DNA of 64,000 nucleotides from Bacilli bacterium (GTDB lineage Bacteria; Bacillota_I; Bacilli_A; RF39; UBA660): NCBI GenBank assembly GCA_045545595.1, contig JAZQBG010000045.1, positions 594 to 64,593 of the forward strand, read 5' to 3'. Shown piece by piece: positions 10,567 to 19,190 of this stretch (position 1 is its first letter; each line of letters starts with the position of its first letter). The notes under the pieces were generated by a model. It saw only the letters and a program-made list of their open reading frames with translations, ran no database searches and was not told where the DNA came from. The position numbers and the translations under genes were made by a program.

Positions 10567-11465
10567 TATATTTTCAAATACTTTCTAACTGCTCTTGCAC
10601 TACCTATCATACCAACTATCGCACCTATTAAAATTAAAATTAATGATAATGTATAAACATATGGTGTTGGTGGAACTAATTTAATAAGTGGTGAGAATAA
10701 GTTCCCATCAAAATATTCATAAAATGTTCCATATCCATATATTGTAAGGCCAACGGGAATTATTGAACCAAGTATACCTAATACAAATCCCTCAACTACA
10801 AATGGGAACTTGATAGTTATATTTGATGCTCCAACTAAACGCATAATTTCAATTTCTCTTTTTCTTGAGAAAATAGTTAATTTAATTGTATTACCAATTA
10901 GGAATGCAGTAACAACTACTAATCCAATAACAATCGCTATCATTGCTTTTTGAATACCTTTAAACACAACTACTAGTTTTTCTACCATTCCTTCTCCATA
11001 GTTTAGACTATCAACACCTTCAATTTTTTCTATTGAAGCTGCAGTTGTTTTGATTTTTTCTAAGTCTTTAACTTTAACTAATAATTCGTCATACAATGGA
11101 TTTTTATCGTCTGACCATGTTGAAACAATGTTTGCATACACTTCAGAAGATTGTGCTAGTTCATCCTTTTTTTGTATTTTAGTATAAATTTCTACTGTTT
11201 CAATATTATCAAGTTTTTCAACTTTGTTTTTAATTTCATCTATTTGTTCAGAAGTAATTCCTTTACTTAAATACGTAACTATTGTAACATCATCTTTTAC
11301 TTTATCAGTAAATTTTTCAACGTTTGATGTGAGTATTATAGATAAAGAAACAAGAATAAGTGTAACTGTTATACATGATATTGATGCAATACTTAAACTA
11401 AAATTACGAAATACACTTTTGAATGCATCTCTAATATATCTTGGTATCATTCTAAATAGCTTCAT
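10566..11465 (-). CDS. ftsX: cell division ABC transporter permease FtsX
   Basis: 4-TM FtsX topology with large first extracellular loop. Overlaps ftsE by 14 nt. Confidence 0.85.
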   Translation of the reverse strand: MKLFRMIPRYIRDAFKSVFRNFSLSIASISCITVTLILVSLSIILTSNVEKFTDKVKDDVTIVTYLSKGITSEQIDEIKNKVEKLDNIETVEIYTKIQKKDELAQSSEVYANIVSTWSDDKNPLYDELLVKVKDLEKIKTTAASIEKIEGVDSLNYGEGMVEKLVVVFKGIQKAMIAIVIGLVVVTAFLIGNTIKLTIFSRKREIEIMRLVGASNITIKFPFVVEGFVLGILGSIIPVGLTIYGYGTFYEYFDGNLFSPLIKLVPPTPYVYTLSLILILIGAIVGMIGSARAVRKYLKI

Positions 11466-12159
11466 ATTTGTATGTTCCTTCCATATAATCTTGCACCAAT
11501 TGTCCTTTGTCTAAAAGTAATACTCTTTTTTTCATTTTATTAACTATATCTCTATCATGTGTTGCCATTACAATAGTAGTTCCTAATTTAGAATTTACAT
11601 TTTCTAAAACACTCATTATTTCCATACTAGTAACAGGATCTAGGTTACCTGTTGGTTCATCACAAATAAGTATTTTAGGATCATTTACAATTGCACGAGC
11701 AATCGCTACCCTTTGTTGTTCTCCTCCTGATAATTGGTTAGGATAAGACTTAACTTTTTCTTTAAGTCCTACTAATTTTAAAACTTTAATAACTCTTTTT
11801 CTAATTTCTTCTTTATTCATTCCTATAACTTCAAGAGCAAAAGCTACATTTTCATATACATTTAATTTTGGAAGTAATTTGTAATCTTGGAATACAACTC
11901 CTAGTTTTCTTCTAAGTTTATATACTTTACCATTACGAAGTTTAGCAACATCTATTCCACCAATAATCATTTGTCCTCTTGTTGGTCTTTCTTCTCTATA
12001 CATCATTTTTATTAATGTAGATTTACCACTACCAGAGGCACCAATGACAAATACAAATTCTCCCTTTTTAATACTTAAATTTAAATTGTATAGTGCGGTA
12101 ACACCGTTTTTATATTGTTTTTCAACATTTATGACTCTAATTAATTCCATACAAATCAC
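11452..12159 (-). CDS. ftsE: cell division ATP-binding protein FtsE
   Basis: Walker A GASGSGKST, signature [15 protein letters not shown], Walker B LICDEPTGNLD. GTG start at 12159 with AAGGAAG SD (alternative ATG at 12150). Confidence 0.9.
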   Translation of the reverse strand: MICMELIRVINVEKQYKNGVTALYNLNLSIKKGEFVFVIGASGSGKSTLIKMMYREERPTRGQMIIGGIDVAKLRNGKVYKLRRKLGVVFQDYKLLPKLNVYENVAFALEVIGMNKEEIRKRVIKVLKLVGLKEKVKSYPNQLSGGEQQRVAIARAIVNDPKILICDEPTGNLDPVTSMEIMSVLENVNSKLGTTIVMATHDRDIVNKMKKRVLLLDKGQLVQDYMEGTYKYEAI

Positions 12160-12242
12160 TTACACTTCCTTAACGATAATTATTATAACATTTTTTTAAT
12201 AGTTTTTAAATGCCATTATTTGGCTTTTTTATAATTTTACAA

Positions 12243-12266
12243 TAAAAGTTAGGTTATACCTAACTT
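12243..12266 (-). terminator. rho-independent terminator after htrA
   Basis: 9-bp perfect stem aagttaggt/acctaactt followed by T-run on the minus strand. Confidence 0.5.
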
Positions 12267-13357
12267 TATTGTTGTGAAGCTTTATCTAACTCTAAGGTAA
12301 CTTTATGTTCTTTTCCATCTCTATAGTAAGTCACTTCGACTTTATCACCCACTGTATGTTTATATAATTCGTAACGTAATTTGGCCCTACTATCTACTTT
12401 TTCACCGTCTATTTTAGTGATTATATCACCTTTTTGTAATTTAGCGTTTTCAGCAGGTGAATCATTTGTAACTGAACCAATTACTACACCTTCTGGACTA
12501 TCCTTATCAACAACTACACCAGATAAATATAAATCATAACTTTCATCCATATTTAATAACGAAACTCCTAATAATGGTCTTACTATTTTTTCACCTTTTT
12601 CAAGTCTTTCAACAAATACCATCGCTTCATCCATCGGAATCGCAAAACCAATACCTTCAATTTCTTGTTGCACTAATTTTAATGAGTTAATTCCAATTAC
12701 TTCTCCATTAATATTAGCAAGAGGACCCCCACTATTTCCTGGATTGATTGCAGCATCAGTTTGCATTACATTCATCATGTAGTCACCAACATTATTAAGT
12801 GTAACTGAAACCATTCTATCCTTACCAGAAATAATACCTTTAGTTACTGTTCCGCTGTATTCATCGCTTATAGGAGCACCAATTGTAAATACTGTATCTC
12901 CTACCTTCATATCAGAACTGTTACCGATTGAAGCTACACCTGTAACATGTTTTTCATCGACAGATAAAACAGCTATATCAGAATATATATCACTACCTAG
13001 TAAATCAGCATCAACGCTTTTTCCATTTGAGAATATAATGTTATATTTATTACCACCTGATACAACGTGATTGTTAGTAATAATATACCCTTTTTTATCA
13101 TTCATTTTATAAACAAAACCTGTACCACTACCTACTTCTTGATTATTTAAAGTAGTTTGTACCACAACAACTGCATTGTATAATTTATCAACAGATTCAC
13201 TAATACTATCATTTGAAGTTATTGTAACATTTTTTGTATCCTTAAAAACAGTTCTTATTCCATCACTAGGAAAATATTGCATAACTAAATACATTCCTAA
13301 TGCACCAACAAATAAAGATAAGATTACTGTCACAATAATCGCAAGTTTCTTTCTCAT
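12266..13357 (-). CDS. htrA: HtrA/DegP-family serine protease with C-terminal PDZ domain
   Basis: N-terminal TM anchor, trypsin-like domain with catalytic GNSGGPL, and a C-terminal PDZ-like region. Confidence 0.85.
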   Translation of the reverse strand: MRKKLAIIVTVILSLFVGALGMYLVMQYFPSDGIRTVFKDTKNVTITSNDSISESVDKLYNAVVVVQTTLNNQEVGSGTGFVYKMNDKKGYIITNNHVVSGGNKYNIIFSNGKSVDADLLGSDIYSDIAVLSVDEKHVTGVASIGNSSDMKVGDTVFTIGAPISDEYSGTVTKGIISGKDRMVSVTLNNVGDYMMNVMQTDAAINPGNSGGPLANINGEVIGINSLKLVQQEIEGIGFAIPMDEAMVFVERLEKGEKIVRPLLGVSLLNMDESYDLYLSGVVVDKDSPEGVVIGSVTNDSPAENAKLQKGDIITKIDGEKVDSRAKLRYELYKHTVGDKVEVTYYRDGKEHKVTLELDKASQQ

Positions 13358-14301
13358 AATTTTATATCACCTTCTATTTTTATAATATCTCTAAAGTTCT
13401 CTGGAAATCCCATAATGTCCAAAATTTTACTTTGAGAAATAGATTCTACTTTTCCATCTAATATATCTAGTTCATATCCTATTTCATATATTAGTAATCT
13501 AAATTCTTCTTCTGACAACATTTGTTTTAAAATAATTATTAGTGCGAATAAATCATTTTTACCATAGATATACTCTCCATCCATAAGCGGTATATTAAGA
13601 TCTCTGTGATACTTTGTATCATCTATTAATCTTTGAGTTTTATGATCAAATAATATATCTTCATGCGCACATAAATTTCTATAATTAGCTAGTAATGCCA
13701 AATAATTTTCAAGTGTATGTATATCAAGGTCATAATATTCAGCAATTGATAATTGATCTTCAGGTTTTAATATTGTATACATTTCACTGATTATACCAAA
13801 CGAAAGAACTTTAACTAATATCCATAATGGTATATACCCATAATTATTTATATAGTGCATTGTCGCACTGTGTTTTTGGCCGTTAACCCTAACTTGCCTT
13901 TTCATTTTATGAATTAAATCATTTACCTGTCTAGATTTTTTTCTATCAAGGGAGAAACTTTCAGGCCTTAAATAATCTTTTTCTCGATATCCATATTTTT
14001 TTGATAATTGATAACTAATAATAGATTTCAAATTATTTTCTATTATTAAAACATTTTTAAAAATTATATTTCTAAATCTTCTATCAAAAGTAAATAAAGC
14101 ATATAATTCATCAAACGTCGCTCCAGGAACAAATCTTTTATCATTTATTGACTTCATAAAAGCATATCTATAACCATTGAGGAAAAAGTAATTTTCTCTA
14201 AGTAATACTACTTTTGCTTCTTCTTCATCATTTATTGTTAGGCCTTTAGACTTCATTATTTCAATTTGTTCGGACAAATTTTTAAACTCTTTACCTGCCA
14301 T
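13354..14301 (-). CDS. Abi_2 (AbiD/AbiF-like) abortive infection family protein
   Basis: N-terminus LSEQIEIMKSKGLTINDEEEAKVVLLRENYFFLNGYRYAF and FTFDRRFRNIIF match the conserved Abi_2 core. Stop overlaps htrA start by 4 nt. Confidence 0.65.
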   Translation of the reverse strand: MAGKEFKNLSEQIEIMKSKGLTINDEEEAKVVLLRENYFFLNGYRYAFMKSINDKRFVPGATFDELYALFTFDRRFRNIIFKNVLIIENNLKSIISYQLSKKYGYREKDYLRPESFSLDRKKSRQVNDLIHKMKRQVRVNGQKHSATMHYINNYGYIPLWILVKVLSFGIISEMYTILKPEDQLSIAEYYDLDIHTLENYLALLANYRNLCAHEDILFDHKTQRLIDDTKYHRDLNIPLMDGEYIYGKNDLFALIIILKQMLSEEEFRLLIYEIGYELDILDGKVESISQSKILDIMGFPENFRDIIKIEGDIKL

Positions 14302-14415
14302 ACTCTCACCTATTATAAATTATATCACAAAATATTCAAAATAAATCTTTTTTTCATTATTTCCCATAATTTGTGTTATAATTGGAAGTGTATTGTAAAA
14401 ATAAGGAGGTGTATT

Positions 14416-15402
14416 ATGCCTAGTACCGTAACACATTCATATTTTGCGTTAGATGTGTTTGATAAACTAGATGATAAATCAAAGAAACACTTAGATAATA
14501 AAACTGATGAATTAAAGATGTTTGCTCAGGGGCCTGATCCTTTATATTTTTATAATTTAGCATTACCCTTTATAGGAAAAAATATTAGAAAGATATATCC
14601 TAGACAAGTACATGATACCAAAACTAAAGATTTCTTTATAACGCTAATAGTTGAAATAATAAAAAGAAAATTACAACAACACACTCAAGTAATGAGTATG
14701 CTATACGGATTTATATGTCACTATGTTTTAGATAGTATAATACATCCATATATTATTTATAAAACTGGTGTATATGATAAAGATATACCTGAGTTAAAAA
14801 AATATAGAAGTTTACATATAGATATGGAATTATATTTGGATGGTTATATGATTTTCCAAAGAGAAAAAATGCCTATACAAAATTTTAAAATGTATGAATT
14901 TTGTTTTTGTAGTAATAATTTTGATTCACAAGTTAGAGATTTACTTAATAGTGTAACAAAGGATGTATATAATTTAGACAATTACGCTAAATATTATTTT
15001 AAGAGTATTAAACAAATGAAAGCTATTAATCGTATATTCAGATATGATAAATTTGGAATAAAAAAAATCGGTTATATATTTTTAGATAAAATATTACCAA
15101 AAAAACAATTAAAAAAAGAACAACTATCATATCACATAAATTATAAAAAAAAATTACATTATTTAAATACAGAAAAAAACGAGTGGAATCATCCTATGAA
15201 TCAATATGAGACATATAATTATTCATTTATTGAGTTATACCATATCGCACTAAATAAAGCAATCAAAATAATTGATGATGTAAATTCTGTGATATATGAT
15301 AAAGCTGATAATAATATTTTAAATAAAACATTTGAAAACATATCATATAAAACTGGTAAAGATTGTAATGATGATAGAAAACTACAATATTTTGAATATT
15401 AA
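14416..15402 (+). CDS. hypothetical protein; N-terminal His-containing motif reminiscent of zinc-dependent phospholipase C-like hydrolases
   Basis: Start ATG 14416 follows a strong AAGGAGG SD. The ORF track's upstream start at 14266 has none. Begins MPSTVTHSYFALDVF. Confidence 0.35.
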   Translation: MPSTVTHSYFALDVFDKLDDKSKKHLDNKTDELKMFAQGPDPLYFYNLALPFIGKNIRKIYPRQVHDTKTKDFFITLIVEIIKRKLQQHTQVMSMLYGFICHYVLDSIIHPYIIYKTGVYDKDIPELKKYRSLHIDMELYLDGYMIFQREKMPIQNFKMYEFCFCSNNFDSQVRDLLNSVTKDVYNLDNYAKYYFKSIKQMKAINRIFRYDKFGIKKIGYIFLDKILPKKQLKKEQLSYHINYKKKLHYLNTEKNEWNHPMNQYETYNYSFIELYHIALNKAIKIIDDVNSVIYDKADNNILNKTFENISYKTGKDCNDDRKLQYFEY

Positions 15403-15425
15403 CTAAAGAACGTTTAGTTCTTTTT

Positions 15426-16100
15426 TTATTTATAAAAGTTTAATACTCCTTCAATAATTGCATCACAAACTTTATTTTGATAAGTGTTCTGTCTTAACAA
15501 GTATCTTTCGTTTGCATTAGTAAGAAATCCTACTTCCACTAAAACTCCTGGAACATTTTCAATTCTTCTATACATATAGTAAGTACTTATCTCTTTTACT
15601 TTACGTGTACTCTTTAAATTCTTTTTAAATGATTCTTGTAATGTTTCAGCCAGTATTTTGTTTTTATCATTCACATCATCATAAAATACTTGTGCGCCTT
15701 GCCATTTATTTGAAGTATCAGCATTAAGGTGTATTGATAAATATAAATCTGCGTTCACTTTCTCTATTAAATTTACTCTGTTTTGTAAATCACTATGTTT
15801 TTTATTCCATGCATTAGGGTCTGATATATCATAATCTCCGGTCCTGGTCATATAAACAATTGCACCTAACTTTTCAAGTTTCTGTGCTAACTTTTTGGAA
15901 ATTTCAAGGTTTATTGGTGCTTCGTATATATCTTTGTAAATTGCACCTGGATCCCTACCTCCATGTCCTGGATCAACATATATTAATTTACCTAATAGTG
16001 GTAATTCATTAATTTTGGCATCGACTTTATAAAAAAATAGAAATGTTAATATAAATATTAAAATAAGTAAATGTTTTTTAAGTTTCATAAAATCCCTCAT
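15426..16100 (-). CDS. N-acetylmuramoyl-L-alanine amidase (Amidase_3; CwlD-like)
   Basis: Signal peptide and the Amidase_3 hallmark DPGHGGRDPGA. Size and domain fit germination-type CwlD. Confidence 0.8.
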   Translation of the reverse strand: MRDFMKLKKHLLILIFILTFLFFYKVDAKINELPLLGKLIYVDPGHGGRDPGAIYKDIYEAPINLEISKKLAQKLEKLGAIVYMTRTGDYDISDPNAWNKKHSDLQNRVNLIEKVNADLYLSIHLNADTSNKWQGAQVFYDDVNDKNKILAETLQESFKKNLKSTRKVKEISTYYMYRRIENVPGVLVEVGFLTNANERYLLRQNTYQNKVCDAIIEGVLNFYK

Positions 16101-16218
16101 TTACTAAACTATTAAATTATATTCAATTTTATATTATATAATTCTTTTATTAACTATTACCAAATAACATATTCACTTTTTTTTAAACCACATATTATGA
16201 TATTGAAAGGAGAGAAAT

Positions 16219-16878
16219 ATGAATAATTTTGAAAGAAGATTACAACAATTAAAAGGATGCAAACAACAACAATGTTGTTGTTTTGCTGGCCCAACCGGAC
16301 CAACTGGTCCTGCGGGACCTGCGACAATTACAGTAGGAGCTACTACAACTGGATTACCAGGAACTGTTGCTTCTGTTACAAATGTTGGTACTGCTCAAAA
16401 TGCTGTATTAAACTTTGTTATCCCTGCTGGTTCTACTGGTCCAACTGGTGCGACAGGACCTACTGGACCTCAAGGATTGCCAGGTGTTGCCGGTGAAGCT
16501 GGGGTTACTGGTCCAACAGGACCTACTGGACCACAAGGTATTCAAGGGTTACCAGGTGAAGTCGGAGCTACTGGACCTACTGGACCTACAGGACCTACAG
16601 GACCACAAGGTATTCAAGGATTAGTTGGAGAAGTTGGAGCTACTGGACCAACTGGACCTATCGGTCCTCAAGGAATTCAAGGTGAAATTGGTGCTACCGG
16701 TCCTACAGGTGCCACTGGACCAGCAGGATTAGATGCAGAAATACCAACAATAACAATTGGTACAGTGACAACTGGTGATCCAGGTACTGAAGCGACAGCA
16801 TCAATAACAGGTACTGCCCCTAACTTTGTATTAAATCTTACTATTCCACAAGGCCCAACCGGACCTGCTGCAGCATAG
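16219..16878 (+). CDS. collagen-like triple-helix repeat protein (BclA-like exosporium/surface glycoprotein)
   Basis: Long Gly-X-Y tracts ([13 protein letters not shown]...) interrupted by two similar non-collagen modules ([10 protein letters not shown]...[13 protein letters not shown] and [10 protein letters not shown]...[15 protein letters not shown]). Cys-rich N-terminus CKQQQCCCF. Confidence 0.8.
   Translation: MNNFERRLQQLKGCKQQQCCCFAGPTGPTGPAGPATITVGATTTGLPGTVASVTNVGTAQNAVLNFVIPAGSTGPTGATGPTGPQGLPGVAGEAGVTGPTGPTGPQGIQGLPGEVGATGPTGPTGPTGPQGIQGLVGEVGATGPTGPIGPQGIQGEIGATGPTGATGPAGLDAEIPTITIGTVTTGDPGTEATASITGTAPNFVLNLTIPQGPTGPAAA
16495..16700 (+). repeat. three tandem about 60-nt coding repeats inside the collagen-like gene
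   Basis: Repeated DNA/protein unit [15 protein letters not shown](P/V)GEVGA. Confidence 0.7.
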
Positions 16879-16883
16879 AATAA

Positions 16884-16910
16884 AAAAGACCAAATATTGG
16901 TCTTTTTTGT
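16884..16910 (+). terminator. rho-independent terminator of collagen-like gene
   Basis: aaagaccaa/ttggtcttt 9-bp stem followed by TTTTT. Confidence 0.7.
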
Positions 16911-16982
16911 AGTTTAAATAATTTTCAGTTTCTTTTAAAAACAATTTATTAGATAGGATAAAAATAATTGATTTTTAATTTT

Positions 16983-17540
16983 TTATCTACATGTACCGCC
17001 ACGAAAATTAACATCTTCTTCTATATACTCAAATATTTGTTCAAGGTTAATGTACTTTGTTGTATCTATATTTATATTTTTATCATTTGTAATAAGTTTA
17101 TCTATAATGTATGATGTTTCACTATTCATCCAAACTTCATAATTATAATCTTTACCATCTATTGTACATTCAATACTTTGCATAGTTTCTATTGGTTCAA
17201 CATCAAAATATTCTCTAAAATAAATTATAGATACTAACACTATAACTAAAATAACAATAACTAAAAGAATAATTTTTAAAATACTAATTATTGTTTTAGT
17301 TAATTTCTCTGTATTACTTACTTTTGTAATAAGTATATTCTTAATATCATTGTTAGTTAAGTCATCTAAACTTATATTAAATATTTGAGATAATTTCCTT
17401 GATTGCTCAAGGTCTGGATATGTTTCTCCTAATTCCCATTTACTTATTGTTTGCCTAGCCACTCCAACTTTTTCTGCTAACTGCTCTTGTGAGAGATTAT
17501 TTTGTTTTCTTAATCTTTGTATTCTATTTCCGATCTCCAT
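16983..17540 (-). CDS. membrane-anchored XRE-family HTH transcriptional regulator
   Basis: N-terminal HTH_XRE (LSQEQLAEKVGVARQTISKWE). Central TM helix and C-terminal extracytoplasmic domain. Confidence 0.7.
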   Translation of the reverse strand: MEIGNRIQRLRKQNNLSQEQLAEKVGVARQTISKWELGETYPDLEQSRKLSQIFNISLDDLTNNDIKNILITKVSNTEKLTKTIISILKIILLVIVILVIVLVSIIYFREYFDVEPIETMQSIECTIDGKDYNYEVWMNSETSYIIDKLITNDKNINIDTTKYINLEQIFEYIEEDVNFRGGTCR

Positions 17541-18082
17541 AGTATCCTCCTTCCATAAAACATTTTAATATGTTATATAAAAGTATTCTACCAATTTTTA
17601 ATGGAAGTTTCGCACTTTATTTTGACATTACCTTAAAAATATAAGTAATAAATTATAATTTATTACTCTACATTAACTACTTTACTAAATAATTTTGAAT
17701 TCATAAAGTATAAAATGATTGTTATGACTATACTTTCATAAACTGTTGCAAGTGGTAATAATGAATTTTTAATAAGTTCAACAAATCACTATCTATCAAA
17801 TTTATTATAACACAAACGTATCAAAAATTAGGACGTAAGATCTATTAGTCTAATATAAATAAGTGTTTTGTACAAAAAACTACATTTGGACAAGCAAAAA
17901 AGCCCGAATAAATCGGACTTTTTATAACATTTAAACTTATAATCCTAACGTTTACTAAATTAGCGTTCCTTTATTTATGGGGTTTTACAAGCCATTTGTA
18001 GCCTACGTGTCGCCTACATAACAGGTCCCCAGTGTTCTTAGTAGTACCTTAGTAATTTTTTACACATTTTTAAATTATATTA

Positions 18083-18111
18083 TTGATTATAGAACATTTG
18101 TTTGTTATAAT
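18083..18111 (+). promoter_or_regulatory. sigma-A-type promoter of small-peptide locus 1
   Basis: TTGATT -35 at 18083-18088, 17-nt spacer, extended -10 TGTTATAAT at 18103-18111. Homologous to the promoter at 42101-42129. Confidence 0.45.
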
Positions 18112-18174
18112 ATATCTTGGAACATTTAATAAGTTGGGTGGAGCCAAACTTCTTGACAGAAGGGAGGCGAGAAT

Positions 18175-18258
18175 ATGAACAAGAAGGATTTTTTAATTCT
18201 ATCTTTAGTAATTATTATCTTCCTTTTACTATTCTTACTATTTATAGTATTAATATAA
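18175..18258 (+). CDS. 27-aa hydrophobic peptide (type I toxin-like small membrane protein)
   Basis: GGGAGG SD 8 nt upstream of ATG. Sequence MNKKDFLILSLVIIIFLLLFLLFIVLI. Not in ORF track (too short). Confidence 0.4.
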   Translation: MNKKDFLILSLVIIIFLLLFLLFIVLI

Positions 18259-18261
18259 AAG

Positions 18262-18350
18262 AAATCCACCTAACTCAGCAATGATTTAGGTGGAATCGAA
18301 TTTATTCGGCAACACTCAACATGCGACATTAAGTGTTCCTTTTTTATTTT
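18262..18350 (+). terminator. stem-loop plus rho-independent terminator of small-peptide locus 1
   Basis: 8-bp hairpin ccacctaa/ttaggtgg at 18266-18293. Second hairpin aacact...agtgtt followed by CCTTTTTT at about 18318-18350. Confidence 0.45.
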
Positions 18351-18447
18351 ATGAAGTTTCCTTCATCTATATACAATATATCATAAATTTATATTTTTAT
18401 CAAGCCATATACGTACTTAACAGTATCTTAGTAATTTTTTACACTTT

Positions 18448-19029
18448 TTACTTTTGAGATTTTTTCCTTGATTCATATAAGCTAATAGCTCTTGGTAAAC
18501 CATTCTCTTTTGCTATATTCAAATAATAATCAGCTAATTCATAGTCAACAGGAGTTCCATTTCCATTGAAATAGAAATTAGCTCCCAAATCATATATAGC
18601 AGCAATGTGACCTTTATCAGCACATTCTTTAATAATTTCAAATGCCTTTTTATGATCTTTTTCTATATTACCAAGTCCAAAATAATAATATGCCCCTGTT
18701 ACAAATTTAGCATACGTTTTTTCTACATCAGAAATGTTATGACTATTTATTAATTCAATAATTTTAGGATAGGCGTCATTTAAAAGACCTTTTGCTTTGT
18801 TTTCATCAACAGTTAATGCATCACCCAAACCTAACTCATAAGATATACCTAATGAATATGTACATAATGGATAATCTATATCAAATCCTTTTTTATAGTA
18901 ATAAAGGGCCTTACTATAATCATGTGCTGCCTCATTTTCCTATAAGTCATAACTTCTTCCTAATAAATAATAAGCAAATCCTGTCTTATTCTTTTCTAAA
19001 TCTTGTAAGTTAAATTTTATTATTTCCAT
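18448..19029 (-). pseudogene. Sel1/TPR-repeat protein with in-frame TAG at codon 30 (or N-terminally truncated product from M at 18828)
   Basis: ATG at 19029 starts MEIIKFNLQDLEKNKTGFAYYLLGRSYDL. TAG at 18940-18942 follows. The same frame continues ENEAAHDYSKALYYYKKGF... into ORF 18448..18828. Sel1-like repeats AYYYFGLGN, AIYDLGANFYFNG. Confidence 0.45.
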
Positions 19030-19141
19030 ATGACACCTCTTTCATTAATTATATCACAAACTCTTAAATTTGTAGCCTACATGTAGCCTACTCGTAGCCT
19101 ACGACGCTAGAAACGTTCAAAAATCAATTTTTTAGACATGC

Positions 19142-19170
19142 AAAAAGCCCGTAATTTCGGGCTTTTTGAA
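19142..19170 (-). terminator. rho-independent terminator of rplM-rpsI operon (bidirectional hairpin)
   Basis: agcccg-taattt-cgggct perfect stem flanked by A-run/T-run. Confidence 0.7.
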
Positions 19171-19190
19171 ACATATTGAATAGGTATTTC

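Noticed and set aside
16101-16218. Possible sigma-K-type sporulation promoter (ccacatattatga) upstream of the collagen-like gene
   Set aside because: Match to the AC-17-CATAnnnTA consensus is imperfect, and I cannot score it reliably by eye. Left as a suggestion in the findings only.
16257-16624. Two plus-strand ORFs (16257..16496, 16415..16624) overlapping the collagen-like gene
   Set aside because: They are alternative frames of the GPT-repeat DNA. Low-complexity C/W/L-rich translations are typical of out-of-frame collagen repeats. The in-frame Gly-X-Y product is clearly the real one.
17941-18060. Candidate small structured RNA (gggg...cccc enclosing the gtagcctac repeat)
   Set aside because: No recognisable tmRNA, RNase P, SRP or 6S features. 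More parsimoniously part of the repeat-bracketed insertion.
18380-18447. Possible antisense (antitoxin) promoter ttgata-17-tatatt on the minus strand facing small-peptide locus 1
   Set aside because: The predicted transcript would overlap only the terminator region of the peptide mRNA. Hexamers are weak. Not enough support to call an antitoxin RNA.
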